A stretch of 64,000 nt of DNA. Source: Thermodesulfobacteriota bacterium (GTDB lineage: Bacteria > Desulfobacterota_D > UBA1144 > Nemesobacterales > UBA2774). The notes under the pieces are model-generated. The model was not told where the DNA came from and did not search any database. It was given only the letters and a program-made list of their open reading frames with translations. The DNA is taken from the NCBI GenBank assembly GCA_963422265.1, contig OY729416.1, forward strand, positions 1,280,001 through 1,344,000, read 5' to 3'. Each line of letters opens with the position of its first letter. The first letter of the stretch is position 1. Positions 22,796-31,518 of the stretch are shown here, one piece after another. A program made the position numbers and the translations under genes.

Positions 22796-23338
22796 CTACC
22801 CACCAGCACTAAGAGCCGTTATCGGACCCCACGTGCCCGTCAATAACAACATACCAGGCAACATTAACGTCAACACCGACTCTATCAAAAATAACCACGC
22901 TACCGTCGGTCCCAATGCCTTCCCCAAAGAAAATACCAAAAATACCAAAAATACTAACAATGCCCATGACCAACAAAATAAAGCATAATACATCATACCA
23001 GGAATCGCTCCCTCCAATCCATAAAAATGAAATCCATACCAAACAAACACTACCGTAGCAAATAAACAATACCAACCCAAACCCTTCGCATCATGACCAT
23101 GTATGAATATCCCCGCCACCATCAAATATATCAACGCAAATACCGATACCAATGCCGTCGCCGCCGTTAAATCCAACTCATGCAACTTCCACGCCGCTAT
23201 CAATATCAATATCGCTACGCCTAAGTTTAATACCCCTACCTCCTTCGCACCCGTCTTCCCCAATACCGTCATACCATTACAAAAAAATACAAATCCTACC
23301 AACAACAATACATAACCCAACAACATATCTATTCCCAT
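22796..23338 (-). CDS. AmiS/UreI family amide/urea channel
   Basis: LLLVGFVFFCNG, FALIYL..., DAKGLGWYCLF; about six TM helices. Confidence 0.85.
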   Translation of the reverse strand: MGIDMLLGYVLLLVGFVFFCNGMTVLGKTGAKEVGVLNLGVAILILIAAWKLHELDLTAATALVSVFALIYLMVAGIFIHGHDAKGLGWYCLFATVVFVWYGFHFYGLEGAIPGMMYYALFCWSWALLVFLVFLVFSLGKALGPTVAWLFLIESVLTLMLPGMLLLTGTWGPITALSAGG

Positions 23339-23416
23339 CTTCCTCCTTACCTCCTTATAATATGAGTTTTCTTACCTCTTTCTTTTCTTCTTCTTTTCTC
23401 CCCTACCCCCTCTACT

Positions 23417-23446
23417 CTTTTAACACACTTCACTACCCCATGTCAA
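23417..23446 (-). promoter_or_regulatory. Putative internal sigma-70 promoter for the AmiS/UreI gene
   Basis: Minus strand TTGACA (23446-23441), 18 nt, TAAAAG preceded by TG. Confidence 0.4.
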
Positions 23447-23471
23447 GATACTTTTTACCTCACCCTCCAAT

Positions 23472-23927
23472 TTACCCCTCACCACGACGCCTTACCAGTA
23501 TCACCCACTTCCCAACCTGTACCACCTCTCCACCCTGATTATATACCTTTACCTCAAATATCAAAAATCCCATCCCTCCTCGCTTATGCTCACGCTTCTC
23601 CAATAACTCACGCCTCACATGAACTGTGTCCCCTAACTTCACCGCCCCTGAAAACCGCCAATCCTCCAATCCCATAAACGCCACTGTCCCCAAACGCGGC
23701 ATCGTAAACCATAAACCCGATGCTATAGATAATACACACAAACCATGCGCTACACGCCCCTTAAACACCGTACCACGCGCAAACTCCTCATCCACATGCA
23801 TATCGTTAAAATCCCCAGATAAACCAGCAAAACCCACTACGTCTGCCTCGGTCACCGTCCGACCACTGCTCTCATGTACCTCCCCCACCTCTATATCCTC
23901 ATATAACAACCGCACTGCTTCACCCAT
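23472..23927 (-). CDS. MaoC/hotdog-fold (R)-specific hydratase-dehydratase
   Basis: RTVTEADV..FAGLSGDFNDMHVD, RVAHG. Confidence 0.9.
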   Translation of the reverse strand: MGEAVRLLYEDIEVGEVHESSGRTVTEADVVGFAGLSGDFNDMHVDEEFARGTVFKGRVAHGLCVLSIASGLWFTMPRLGTVAFMGLEDWRFSGAVKLGDTVHVRRELLEKREHKRGGMGFLIFEVKVYNQGGEVVQVGKWVILVRRRGEG

Positions 23928-24366
23928 CCCTATTTACCCCCTCCTTCTTTACAGGCTTGAACTTCGGTAACGTTACCTCATCCGTTACGTCATCAAACAC
24001 TACCTCCACCTCCATACCTATATAAACATCTCCAGCCTCTACTCCCACCACGTTCGTCATTATCTTTACACCTTCCCCCAGCTCCACTAACGCAACCACA
24101 TACGGCGGCTCGCCCTTATACGCCTTCGTCGGACCCATGTGGTGCACCGCATACGTCCACACCTTACCTAACCCCCGAGAACGCACCCACTCTATCTCTT
24201 TACTCATTTCTTCCCCAGGACTATACGCACGCGGATAAAAAAAATACTCCCCACTTACCTTACTCCTTGGTATCAATAACTCATGCCCCTTACATCCCTC
24301 CCAATACCGCCGCGTCTCCGGACGAAAATCCGGCAACGGCTTCCCATATCCTCTCGCCTCACTCAT
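23920..24366 (-). CDS. DUF35 OB-fold protein (thiolase partner)
   Basis: YWEGC..HELLI, FFYPR, GKVWTY, PYVVALVEL.EG..IMTN, IGMEVEVVF; canonical CxxC...CxxC zinc ribbon not evident. Confidence 0.88.
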   Translation of the reverse strand: MSEARGYGKPLPDFRPETRRYWEGCKGHELLIPRSKVSGEYFFYPRAYSPGEEMSKEIEWVRSRGLGKVWTYAVHHMGPTKAYKGEPPYVVALVELGEGVKIMTNVVGVEAGDVYIGMEVEVVFDDVTDEVTLPKFKPVKKEGVNRDG

Positions 24367-24385
24367 CGCTTGTCTCTCCCTCCTC

Positions 24386-25618
24386 TTATGTTAATGCCTG
24401 ATTCCCTAATACTACCGTGCTGTGCGCAGACACTATACCACCATTCCCATGAACTAACGCTACCTCGGAACCCTCTACCTGCCTATCCCCACAATCACCT
24501 CGCAACTGCAACACCGCCTCCACTACATGGTGCATCGCTCCCAAATGTGCCTGTGATAACAAACCCCCATGCGTGTTCACAGGTAAATCCTTACCTATCT
24601 CCATCCGCCCCTCCAAAGAAAACGCACCCCCCTCCCACTTAGGCACAAAACCCAACCCCTCTAACTCTAACAATACCGTTATCGTAAAACAATCATACAA
24701 ATACGCTATATCCACGTCACCCACACCTATACCTGCCGTCTCAAACGCCCTACCCCCAGACCTTCCTATCGCCTCATATATCTGATCCAAACCATCAAGA
24801 CTCGTCAAATACTGATGTGAATACCCCTGCCCCATACCCCATAAATACGCTAGCTTATTCTCTATCCCCAGCTCCCGCGCCTTATCCTCCGTCGTTACTA
24901 TAAACGCCGCTCCACCATCTGATATTATAGAACAATCATACTTCGTCAACGGCTCCGCTATCACCCTAGAACTCAACACTTCCTCTATGCTCAACGGCTC
25001 CTTATTCATCGCATTCTCTTTCAACCCCGCATGCTTACGCATCGTTACTGCTACAGAAGCTAAATGCTCCCGACTACATCCACTCTCATACAAATACCGC
25101 TGTGCCGCTAACGCATATCCACCAGGCGTCGTTAATCCATAAGGATACTCAAACTCACCATGACACATCTCGCGTATCAAAGCCACCATACCTGAAGACG
25201 ATATACCAGATAACGTGTTATCTCCGCGCACACATAATACTACCTCCGCCTGACCCGTTGCTATTGCCATCGCCGCCTCCGCTACCATCCACACCGCCGT
25301 CGCACCCCCTACTGCTACCGATGAAAAAAAACGAGGCCGCATACCAAAATAATCTGCAAACGTCGTGCAGTGCATAAACGTATGCTCCACCAATGAAAAC
25401 GCCGTTACTAGTCCATCCACTTCCCCCTTCTTTATCCCTGCATCCTCTATAGCCAACTTCGACGCCTGTGATAAAAAATCAAATGAACTACGACCCGATA
25501 TACGCCCCTGCTCCGTCTCACCAACTCCTGCTATTACTACACCCTTCCCCTTTAATACCTCCCGCGCTTCCTTCATATCGCTACCCATATCTCTATACCC
25601 CCCTCCTTCCTTATTCAT
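24386..25618 (-). CDS. Thiolase-superfamily protein lacking the catalytic Cys (Ltp2-like aldolase type)
   Basis: IAGVGET, SVAVGGAT (no Cys), LYDCFT, NTHGGLLSQAH; adjacent to DUF35 and MaoC. Confidence 0.85.
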   Translation of the reverse strand: MNKEGGGYRDMGSDMKEAREVLKGKGVVIAGVGETEQGRISGRSSFDFLSQASKLAIEDAGIKKGEVDGLVTAFSLVEHTFMHCTTFADYFGMRPRFFSSVAVGGATAVWMVAEAAMAIATGQAEVVLCVRGDNTLSGISSSGMVALIREMCHGEFEYPYGLTTPGGYALAAQRYLYESGCSREHLASVAVTMRKHAGLKENAMNKEPLSIEEVLSSRVIAEPLTKYDCSIISDGGAAFIVTTEDKARELGIENKLAYLWGMGQGYSHQYLTSLDGLDQIYEAIGRSGGRAFETAGIGVGDVDIAYLYDCFTITVLLELEGLGFVPKWEGGAFSLEGRMEIGKDLPVNTHGGLLSQAHLGAMHHVVEAVLQLRGDCGDRQVEGSEVALVHGNGGIVSAHSTVVLGNQALT

Positions 25619-25637
25619 AATTATCTGTCAATTAATT

Positions 25638-25666
25638 ATGTTAATTGTCCCCACTAAGATTGTCAA
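25638..25666 (-). promoter_or_regulatory. Putative sigma-70 promoter of the thiolase-DUF35-MaoC operon
   Basis: Minus strand TTGACA (25666-25661), 17 nt, TAACAT (25643-25638). Confidence 0.6.
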
Positions 25667-25671
25667 ATCCC

Positions 25672-26700
25672 CTAACTCCGCTGAGGTTCTATAATAATCT
25701 TAATAGATTCCTGAGCATCCTCTACCATGCGGAATCCTTTCTCAGTCTCCGAAAGCGGAAGCCTGTGTGTAATCATATTCTTCACGTTTACGCGCTTAGA
25801 CTTGATAAGCTCTAAAGCCAAAGTTAAGTCCGCAGGAGAAGCGGCATAAGAGCTCGTAACTGCAACCCCCGACCACCAGAAATTATTGAATGGAATTGAA
25901 ATCCTAACGTCGGGATCCGATGGGGCGAAGAATAACACTTTGCCCCCCGTCTCTACTAGTTTAAAAGATTGCTCTACCGCGGATCTAGCTCCCGTGCACA
26001 CCACTACGAAATCAACAAGCCTCCCGCTGTTTATCTCTTTTATACACGTAAATAAATCTTCCCTAGCATTGATTGAAAAATCGGCTCCAAATTCAGTCGC
26101 CGCGTCAAGCCTGTATTCACTGAGGTCAGTCGCTATGATACACCCCGCTCCCTGAGCACGCGCCAACTGTATATGGAGGAGTCCTGTAATTCCGCTCCCT
26201 ATCACAAGCACGCTGTCCGCCATTTGCAAATTTGCCAAACGCTGTCCACGAACGACGCAGCCAAGGGGCTCTACGAAAGAGCCTTCCTCATAGGAAACCC
26301 CATCGGGAAGCATAAGGACACCCCTATCTACGTTAATTGAAGGTATGCGAACGTACTCAGAGAAACCACCTGGATCAAAGCGAGTGGACTTTAAGGTAGG
26401 ACAAACTGAATGATTGCCTCTCAGGCATTGGTAGCAGGTATTGCAAGGAACGTGATGAGTGGCTACCACCCTGTCCCCCTCTTGGAACTTATGAACTTCC
26501 TCCCCCACCTCTACTACGTCACCCGCTATCTCATGCCCCAAGACCAAGGGAGCTTTCGGAAGGCGGTACCACTCCATTAAATCACTCCCACAAATCCCGC
26601 TAGCTCCAACGCGCACCAGTATTTCACGTGGACATATCTTAGGTTTAGGCACGTCCTCAAGACGGACGTCTCTATTGCTATAATACATGGCGGCGCGCAT
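25672..26700 (-). CDS. Zinc-dependent alcohol dehydrogenase (sorbitol/L-iditol DH-like, MDR family)
   Basis: GICGSD, LGHE, CNTCYQC...C structural Zn, GSGITG Rossmann motif. Confidence 0.92.
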   Translation of the reverse strand: MRAAMYYSNRDVRLEDVPKPKICPREILVRVGASGICGSDLMEWYRLPKAPLVLGHEIAGDVVEVGEEVHKFQEGDRVVATHHVPCNTCYQCLRGNHSVCPTLKSTRFDPGGFSEYVRIPSINVDRGVLMLPDGVSYEEGSFVEPLGCVVRGQRLANLQMADSVLVIGSGITGLLHIQLARAQGAGCIIATDLSEYRLDAATEFGADFSINAREDLFTCIKEINSGRLVDFVVVCTGARSAVEQSFKLVETGGKVLFFAPSDPDVRISIPFNNFWWSGVAVTSSYAASPADLTLALELIKSKRVNVKNMITHRLPLSETEKGFRMVEDAQESIKIIIEPQRS

Positions 26701-26749
26701 GAAACCCTCCCTAAATGAAAGAAAGGTGAAAAGCTACGAGGCTTTAAGG

Positions 26750-27565
26750 TTAAGTGCTGGCTAGCCTCTTAGACTCCTCATCTCTTAAAGACAAAAAGAG
26801 GTCATGAGCCTGACTTGGTCTATTGCCTTCATGAACAATAGACCTAATCGCTCTTAATATGGCGACGGGATGCTCATTCTGCCATATATTTCTTCCCATG
26901 TCCACTCCCACAGCGCCTTGTTGAATAGCACCATAAGTCATTTCCAATACGTCCATCTCCGTATCTAATTTAGGTCCCCCGGCAATCACAATCGGTGCGG
27001 GACAACTGGTAGCTACCTTATCAAAGTTCTCACAATAGTAAGTCTTTACAATATGAGCACCAAGCTCGGCGCAAATCCGACAGCAAAGTGAAAGATACCT
27101 AGCGTCTCTTTTTTCGAGTTCCTTTCCAACGGCAGTTATTCCTAGAACAGGGATTCCATACTCCTCACCCTGATTAACCAACTCCGCAAGATTAATCAAC
27201 GTTTGCCTCTCATGAGCACTTCCGACAAAAACGGATATTCCAACGCCAGCTACGTTCAGCCTTATGGCATCCTTAAACGACGTCGTAAGCCCCTCGTCAG
27301 AAAGGTCATCCCCAATGATACTTGCTCCCCCAGATACTCTCAGAACCACGTTGGCGCATGACTCAGGGGATACCGAAGAACGGAGAATCCCACGCGTAAG
27401 CATTATCGTATCCGCATAAGGAATCAACGGCTCAATAGCTTTCTTAGGTTCTTCTAATTTATGGGTAGGTCCCAGAAAATACCCATGATCAAAGGCGAGC
27501 ATTACGGCTCTCCCGGTCTCGGGACTAATAATTCGCGCCATCCGATTTCTCATACCCCAGTCCAT
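26750..27565 (-). CDS. lsrF: LsrF-like class I aldolase/thiolase (DeoC/LacD family)
   Basis: MDWGMRNRMARI, MLAFDHGYFLGPT, AELGAHIVKTYY, GVDMGRNIWQ. Confidence 0.88.
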   Translation of the reverse strand: MDWGMRNRMARIISPETGRAVMLAFDHGYFLGPTHKLEEPKKAIEPLIPYADTIMLTRGILRSSVSPESCANVVLRVSGGASIIGDDLSDEGLTTSFKDAIRLNVAGVGISVFVGSAHERQTLINLAELVNQGEEYGIPVLGITAVGKELEKRDARYLSLCCRICAELGAHIVKTYYCENFDKVATSCPAPIVIAGGPKLDTEMDVLEMTYGAIQQGAVGVDMGRNIWQNEHPVAILRAIRSIVHEGNRPSQAHDLFLSLRDEESKRLAST

Positions 27566-27678
27566 ATTAACGATACCCTCCGATTAACGATACCACCGCT
27601 CTGATTATAGTTGACACGAAGGAATTTATAGCAGTGACGGTTGAATGTCAATTGAACAACTACGTTTACCTTCCCATC

Positions 27679-28857
27679 TTAGGATGCAAACTCATTATAG
27701 GCGAACTTAAAAGCCTCAAGCACCTCAGCTATATGCTCTTCAGTATGGGTAGCCATAAGAGTAGCCCTTATCCTGCACTTTCCATGCGGGACTGACGGCG
27801 GGCGAACGGCGGGCGTATAAATCCCTTTTTCCCTCAATATTCCCGCAAAGCTGAGCGTCCGCTCCGCATCTCCTATAAGTACTGGGACTACCGCTGAATG
27901 GGAAGGGATAGTTCTGAGTCCTATGCAATCAAGACCCGCCTTAAATTGTTTTATTATAGACCAGAGATATTGCCTTCTCTCAGGCTCTTTCTCAACTATA
28001 TCAATAGCAGCGAGAGAAGCAGCGACGGACGGCGGGGGCAGCGAAGTGTCAAATATATAACTTCTAGCCCTATTTCTTAGATAATCAATCAATCGCTGAC
28101 TGCCAGCAATATAACCTCCCATTGAACCAATTGCCTTAGATAAAGTTCCCATAACGATAGGAACACGGTCTTCCACCCCGAAGTGCTCGGTAGCGCCGCT
28201 TCCCCTATCTCCCAAGATCCCAGTCGCGTGAGCTTCGTCCACCATAAGCATACATCCGTAACGCTCGGAAATCTCGACAAGTTCAGGGAGAGGAACTAAA
28301 TCCCCATCCATACTAAAAACCGTATCGCTTATTATAAGCCTCTTGCCGCTTATATGCTTATCGGTTTTGAGCATAGAGCTTAGATGATCAAGGCGTAGGT
28401 GTTTATATATCTTTACTTCAGCACGTGATAACCTGCACCCGTCAATTATGGATGCGTGATTAAGTTCGTCACTATATATGGTATCTCCTTCTTTAACAAG
28501 CGCTGAGATCACTCCCACGTTCGCCAGATAACCAGAGCTGAAGAGAATTGCGGATTCCGCGTTCTTAAATCTTGCTATGCGAGTTTCAAGACGTCTGTGG
28601 AGACCGGAACTTCCACTAACAAGTCTTGATCCCGCGGACCCAGATCCGTATTTACTCAAAGCCAGTTTTGCAGCCTCAACAACTTTCGGATTAACGGTCA
28701 GCCCCAAATAACTATTAGAGGAAAGAAGTATATGCCGCCTTCCCCCTATAGTTATTTCAGGGGTTTGAGCGGTTTCTATTTCGGTAAGGAAACGAAAGAG
28801 CTTCTTATCCTTTATGTCTTTCAGATCGTTATGTATCCAGTGTAAGATGTCCTGCAT
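27679..28857 (-). CDS. bioF: 8-amino-7-oxononanoate synthase
   Basis: SNSYLGL, DELNHASIIDG, SMDGD, DEAHATG, GTLSKA; bio operon context. Confidence 0.93.
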   Translation of the reverse strand: MQDILHWIHNDLKDIKDKKLFRFLTEIETAQTPEITIGGRRHILLSSNSYLGLTVNPKVVEAAKLALSKYGSGSAGSRLVSGSSGLHRRLETRIARFKNAESAILFSSGYLANVGVISALVKEGDTIYSDELNHASIIDGCRLSRAEVKIYKHLRLDHLSSMLKTDKHISGKRLIISDTVFSMDGDLVPLPELVEISERYGCMLMVDEAHATGILGDRGSGATEHFGVEDRVPIVMGTLSKAIGSMGGYIAGSQRLIDYLRNRARSYIFDTSLPPPSVAASLAAIDIVEKEPERRQYLWSIIKQFKAGLDCIGLRTIPSHSAVVPVLIGDAERTLSFAGILREKGIYTPAVRPPSVPHGKCRIRATLMATHTEEHIAEVLEAFKFAYNEFAS

Positions 28858-28867
28858 TGTAGAAACA

Positions 28868-30238
28868 TTAAGGGACTTCAGTAACCTTTTTAATTGAGTT
28901 GTAAGTAACAGCGAGAAGCTTCTTTAAATCGCCGATAGGTATCCCAATAGGCGGCATTAAAACAATGATGTTTCCCAAGGGACGGATTAGAACTCCATTT
29001 CGCATAGCGCAGTCCGCAACCTGCCACCCTATTTTCTCTTCAGGAGAATATGGATGTTTTGTTTCTTTATCGTGTACAAGCTCAATGCCTACCATAAAGC
29101 CTTTGTTCCTAACGTCACCAACGTGTTTAAGCCCAGCAAATTCCGCTAGCTCCTCCTCCATAAGTTTGAGCTTTTCCTCAAGTTTTTCAAGCGTATTATG
29201 GTTTTCAAAAGCCTCCAGATTTCCTAACGAAGCCGCACAAGATACCGGATTTCCCGCATAGCTATGACCATGGAAAAAAGTCTTAAACTCCTCATAATCC
29301 CCGAGGAAGGCATCATATATATCCTGCGTCGTGATGGTCGCCGACAGGGGCAAATAGCCGCCCGTAAGCCCCTTGCCAAGAACTAGTATATCGGGCGAGA
29401 TATCCTCGTGCTCACAGGCAAACATCCTGCCCGTCCTACCAAAACCCGTCGCTACCTCGTCTAATATCATAAGAATATCATATTTGTTACAATACTCGCG
29501 GATCTTTTTCAAATATCCAGGAGGGGAAACAATCATCCCTCCAGCGGCTTGAACGTAAGGCTCAAGTATAATAGCGCCGATTTCCCCGCTATGCACCTTC
29601 AATATATCTTCAACCTTGTCCGCGCAGGCTAAACCACACAAAGGATACGTCTTGCCAAGCGGACACCTATAACAATAATAGGATGGAGCTTTGTGCGTAT
29701 CAAAAAGAAGTGGCTTAAAAGTAGAATGGAATAAATCTATCCCACCAACGGAGACCGCCCCCAACGTATCCCCATGGTAACCGTTTTCTAAAGATATGAA
29801 TCTTGTTTTTTCGGGTTTTCCCCTTAACTGCCAGTACTGAAGCGTCATTTTAAGCGCAACTTCTACCGCGCTTGCCCCGTCGCCAGAGTAGAAAACCTTT
29901 CTAAGCCCCGGCGGACATATATCTATCAACTTTTTCGCAAGTTCGGAAGCAGGCGGATTAGTAACCCCAAGGAGCGTGCTGTGACCGAGCTTATCCACCT
30001 GCTTTTTTATAGCACTATCTATCTCAGGAACTTTATGGCCGTGCACGTTGACCCAAAGAGAAGATACTCCATCAATGTATCTATTGCCGTTAGAATCAAT
30101 AAGATATGAGCCTTCACCCTGCTCAATGATAAGACACTCTTTCTCCCGATACTCCTTCATTTGAGTAAAAGGATGCCATACAAATTCTTTATCGTAGGCT
30201 TCTAATTTTTTCTTATGATCCGACACAATGGGCTTCAT
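28868..30238 (-). CDS. bioA: Adenosylmethionine-8-amino-7-oxononanoate aminotransferase
   Basis: VWHPFTQM, SSLWVNVHGH, YHGDT, DEVATGFGRTG, GKGLTGGYLP. Confidence 0.96.
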   Translation of the reverse strand: MKPIVSDHKKKLEAYDKEFVWHPFTQMKEYREKECLIIEQGEGSYLIDSNGNRYIDGVSSLWVNVHGHKVPEIDSAIKKQVDKLGHSTLLGVTNPPASELAKKLIDICPPGLRKVFYSGDGASAVEVALKMTLQYWQLRGKPEKTRFISLENGYHGDTLGAVSVGGIDLFHSTFKPLLFDTHKAPSYYCYRCPLGKTYPLCGLACADKVEDILKVHSGEIGAIILEPYVQAAGGMIVSPPGYLKKIREYCNKYDILMILDEVATGFGRTGRMFACEHEDISPDILVLGKGLTGGYLPLSATITTQDIYDAFLGDYEEFKTFFHGHSYAGNPVSCAASLGNLEAFENHNTLEKLEEKLKLMEEELAEFAGLKHVGDVRNKGFMVGIELVHDKETKHPYSPEEKIGWQVADCAMRNGVLIRPLGNIIVLMPPIGIPIGDLKKLLAVTYNSIKKVTEVP

Positions 30239-30279
30239 AGCAGAAGGTGGACACCGTCTCTGCGATACAATGAGAATAA

Positions 30280-31266
30280 TTAGTTTAGATCAGTTCTAAT
30301 TGGCATTTGGAGATCGTCAAGCATTCGCAAATCTTCCTCTGGGGGTCTTCCGGGAGTAGTTAAGTAGTTGCCTAAAATCATCGCATTCGCTCCGGCGACG
30401 AGACCCATAGCCTGTAAGTCGCGGAGCGTAACCTCGCGACCCCCCGCCGTCATAAGTATCTTATCAGGAAGAATTAGTCTGAATATGGATATTGTTTTCA
30501 CCGCCTCAAAAGGTGGAACGGTCTCAATATCCTCAAAAGGCGTTCCCGGCCTTGGATTCAGAAAGTTTATAGGGATCCAGCTCGGGCCCAGCTCCCTCAA
30601 TTCAAATGCAAGCTCAATTCTTTGTTCAACCGATTCTCCCATACCTAGAATCCCACCTGAGCAAAGGCGCATACCAACCTTTTTTACAAGCTGAGCCGTT
30701 CTACACCTGTCTTCATAAGTGTGCGTAGTGCAGATATGAGGGAAAAAGCTTTTGCAAGTCTCAAGATTATGATTATAGCGCCAGACGCCATGCTCTTTCA
30801 ACTCATAAGCTTGGTCTTCCTTTAAGTCTCCTAGAGAACAACCGACTTTAAGGTTAGTGTGCTCACGTAACAAGTCAACTGCCTCAAGCACCTTTTTCAA
30901 AATACGCGGGGTAGGACCCTTAGCGCTAATAACTATGCAAAAATCCATAGCCCCCATCTTTTCAGCATGTTTCGCAGCCAATAGAATCTTCTCGGCAGCC
31001 ATAAGGGGATAAGACTCTACCATAGTATCAAAATGCGCCGATTGCGAGCAGAAAGAGCAATCCTCCGGGCAGTTTCCCGTCTGCGCACTTATTATAGAGC
31101 GCAGAAATACGCCGTCACCCTTGTATTTTAAGGTAACCTTTCTCGCAAGGGATATAAGATCAGGAACCCTATCCTTAGGAAGCTTAGTTAACTGTACCGC
31201 TTCCTCAAATTCAATAGGTTCTTCTCTTCTTAGTAGCTTATCAGAAAGCGATTCAAGAATGGAAAT
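30280..31266 (-). CDS. bioB: Biotin synthase; true start upstream of the ORF-track call, probably ATT at 31266
   Basis: Frame stays open upstream of 31023 and encodes SIISAQTGNCPEDCSFCSQS (radical SAM CxxxCxxC); YNHNLET, CSGGILGMGE, GNYLTT; SD AAGGGGAG 7 nt before ATT. Confidence 0.92.
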   Translation of the reverse strand: MSILESLSDKLLRREEPIEFEEAVQLTKLPKDRVPDLISLARKVTLKYKGDGVFLRSIISAQTGNCPEDCSFCSQSAHFDTMVESYPLMAAEKILLAAKHAEKMGAMDFCIVISAKGPTPRILKKVLEAVDLLREHTNLKVGCSLGDLKEDQAYELKEHGVWRYNHNLETCKSFFPHICTTHTYEDRCRTAQLVKKVGMRLCSGGILGMGESVEQRIELAFELRELGPSWIPINFLNPRPGTPFEDIETVPPFEAVKTISIFRLILPDKILMTAGGREVTLRDLQAMGLVAGANAMILGNYLTTPGRPPEEDLRMLDDLQMPIRTDLN

Positions 31267-31518
31267 ACCGAGACTCCCCTTAATTAGAAATCCTTTCTAT
31301 ACTACAGAAACAGGATACATTGTCAACGATGTCCCGGAACGCTTGTCAAACATGTAACAAGCACTTGCGACAACTGGAGAAGAATAATTTCCCCACTACA
31401 ACTAAATTTGGAGAACTCCCTAAATGATTAAAGAGCTAATATTCCATGGCACCCATTGTTAAGCGTAAAGATAAAGATGTATAATCCTCCTAAAAGTGTG
31501 TTTTGGAGGTGTGTGCTA

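Noticed and set aside
19931-25694. Pro/Ser/Thr/His-rich plus-strand ORFs in the thiolase cluster
   Set aside because: Artefacts of the G-poor plus strand, antisense to real genes
26750-27565. AI-2 quorum-sensing (lsr) locus
   Set aside because: Only lsrF is present, with no lsrK, lsrG or transporter; standalone lsrF homologues are common
31121-31357. 78-aa plus-strand ORF; also the idea that bioB is a truncated pseudogene
   Set aside because: The ORF is antisense to the real bioB 5' region, whose frame is intact
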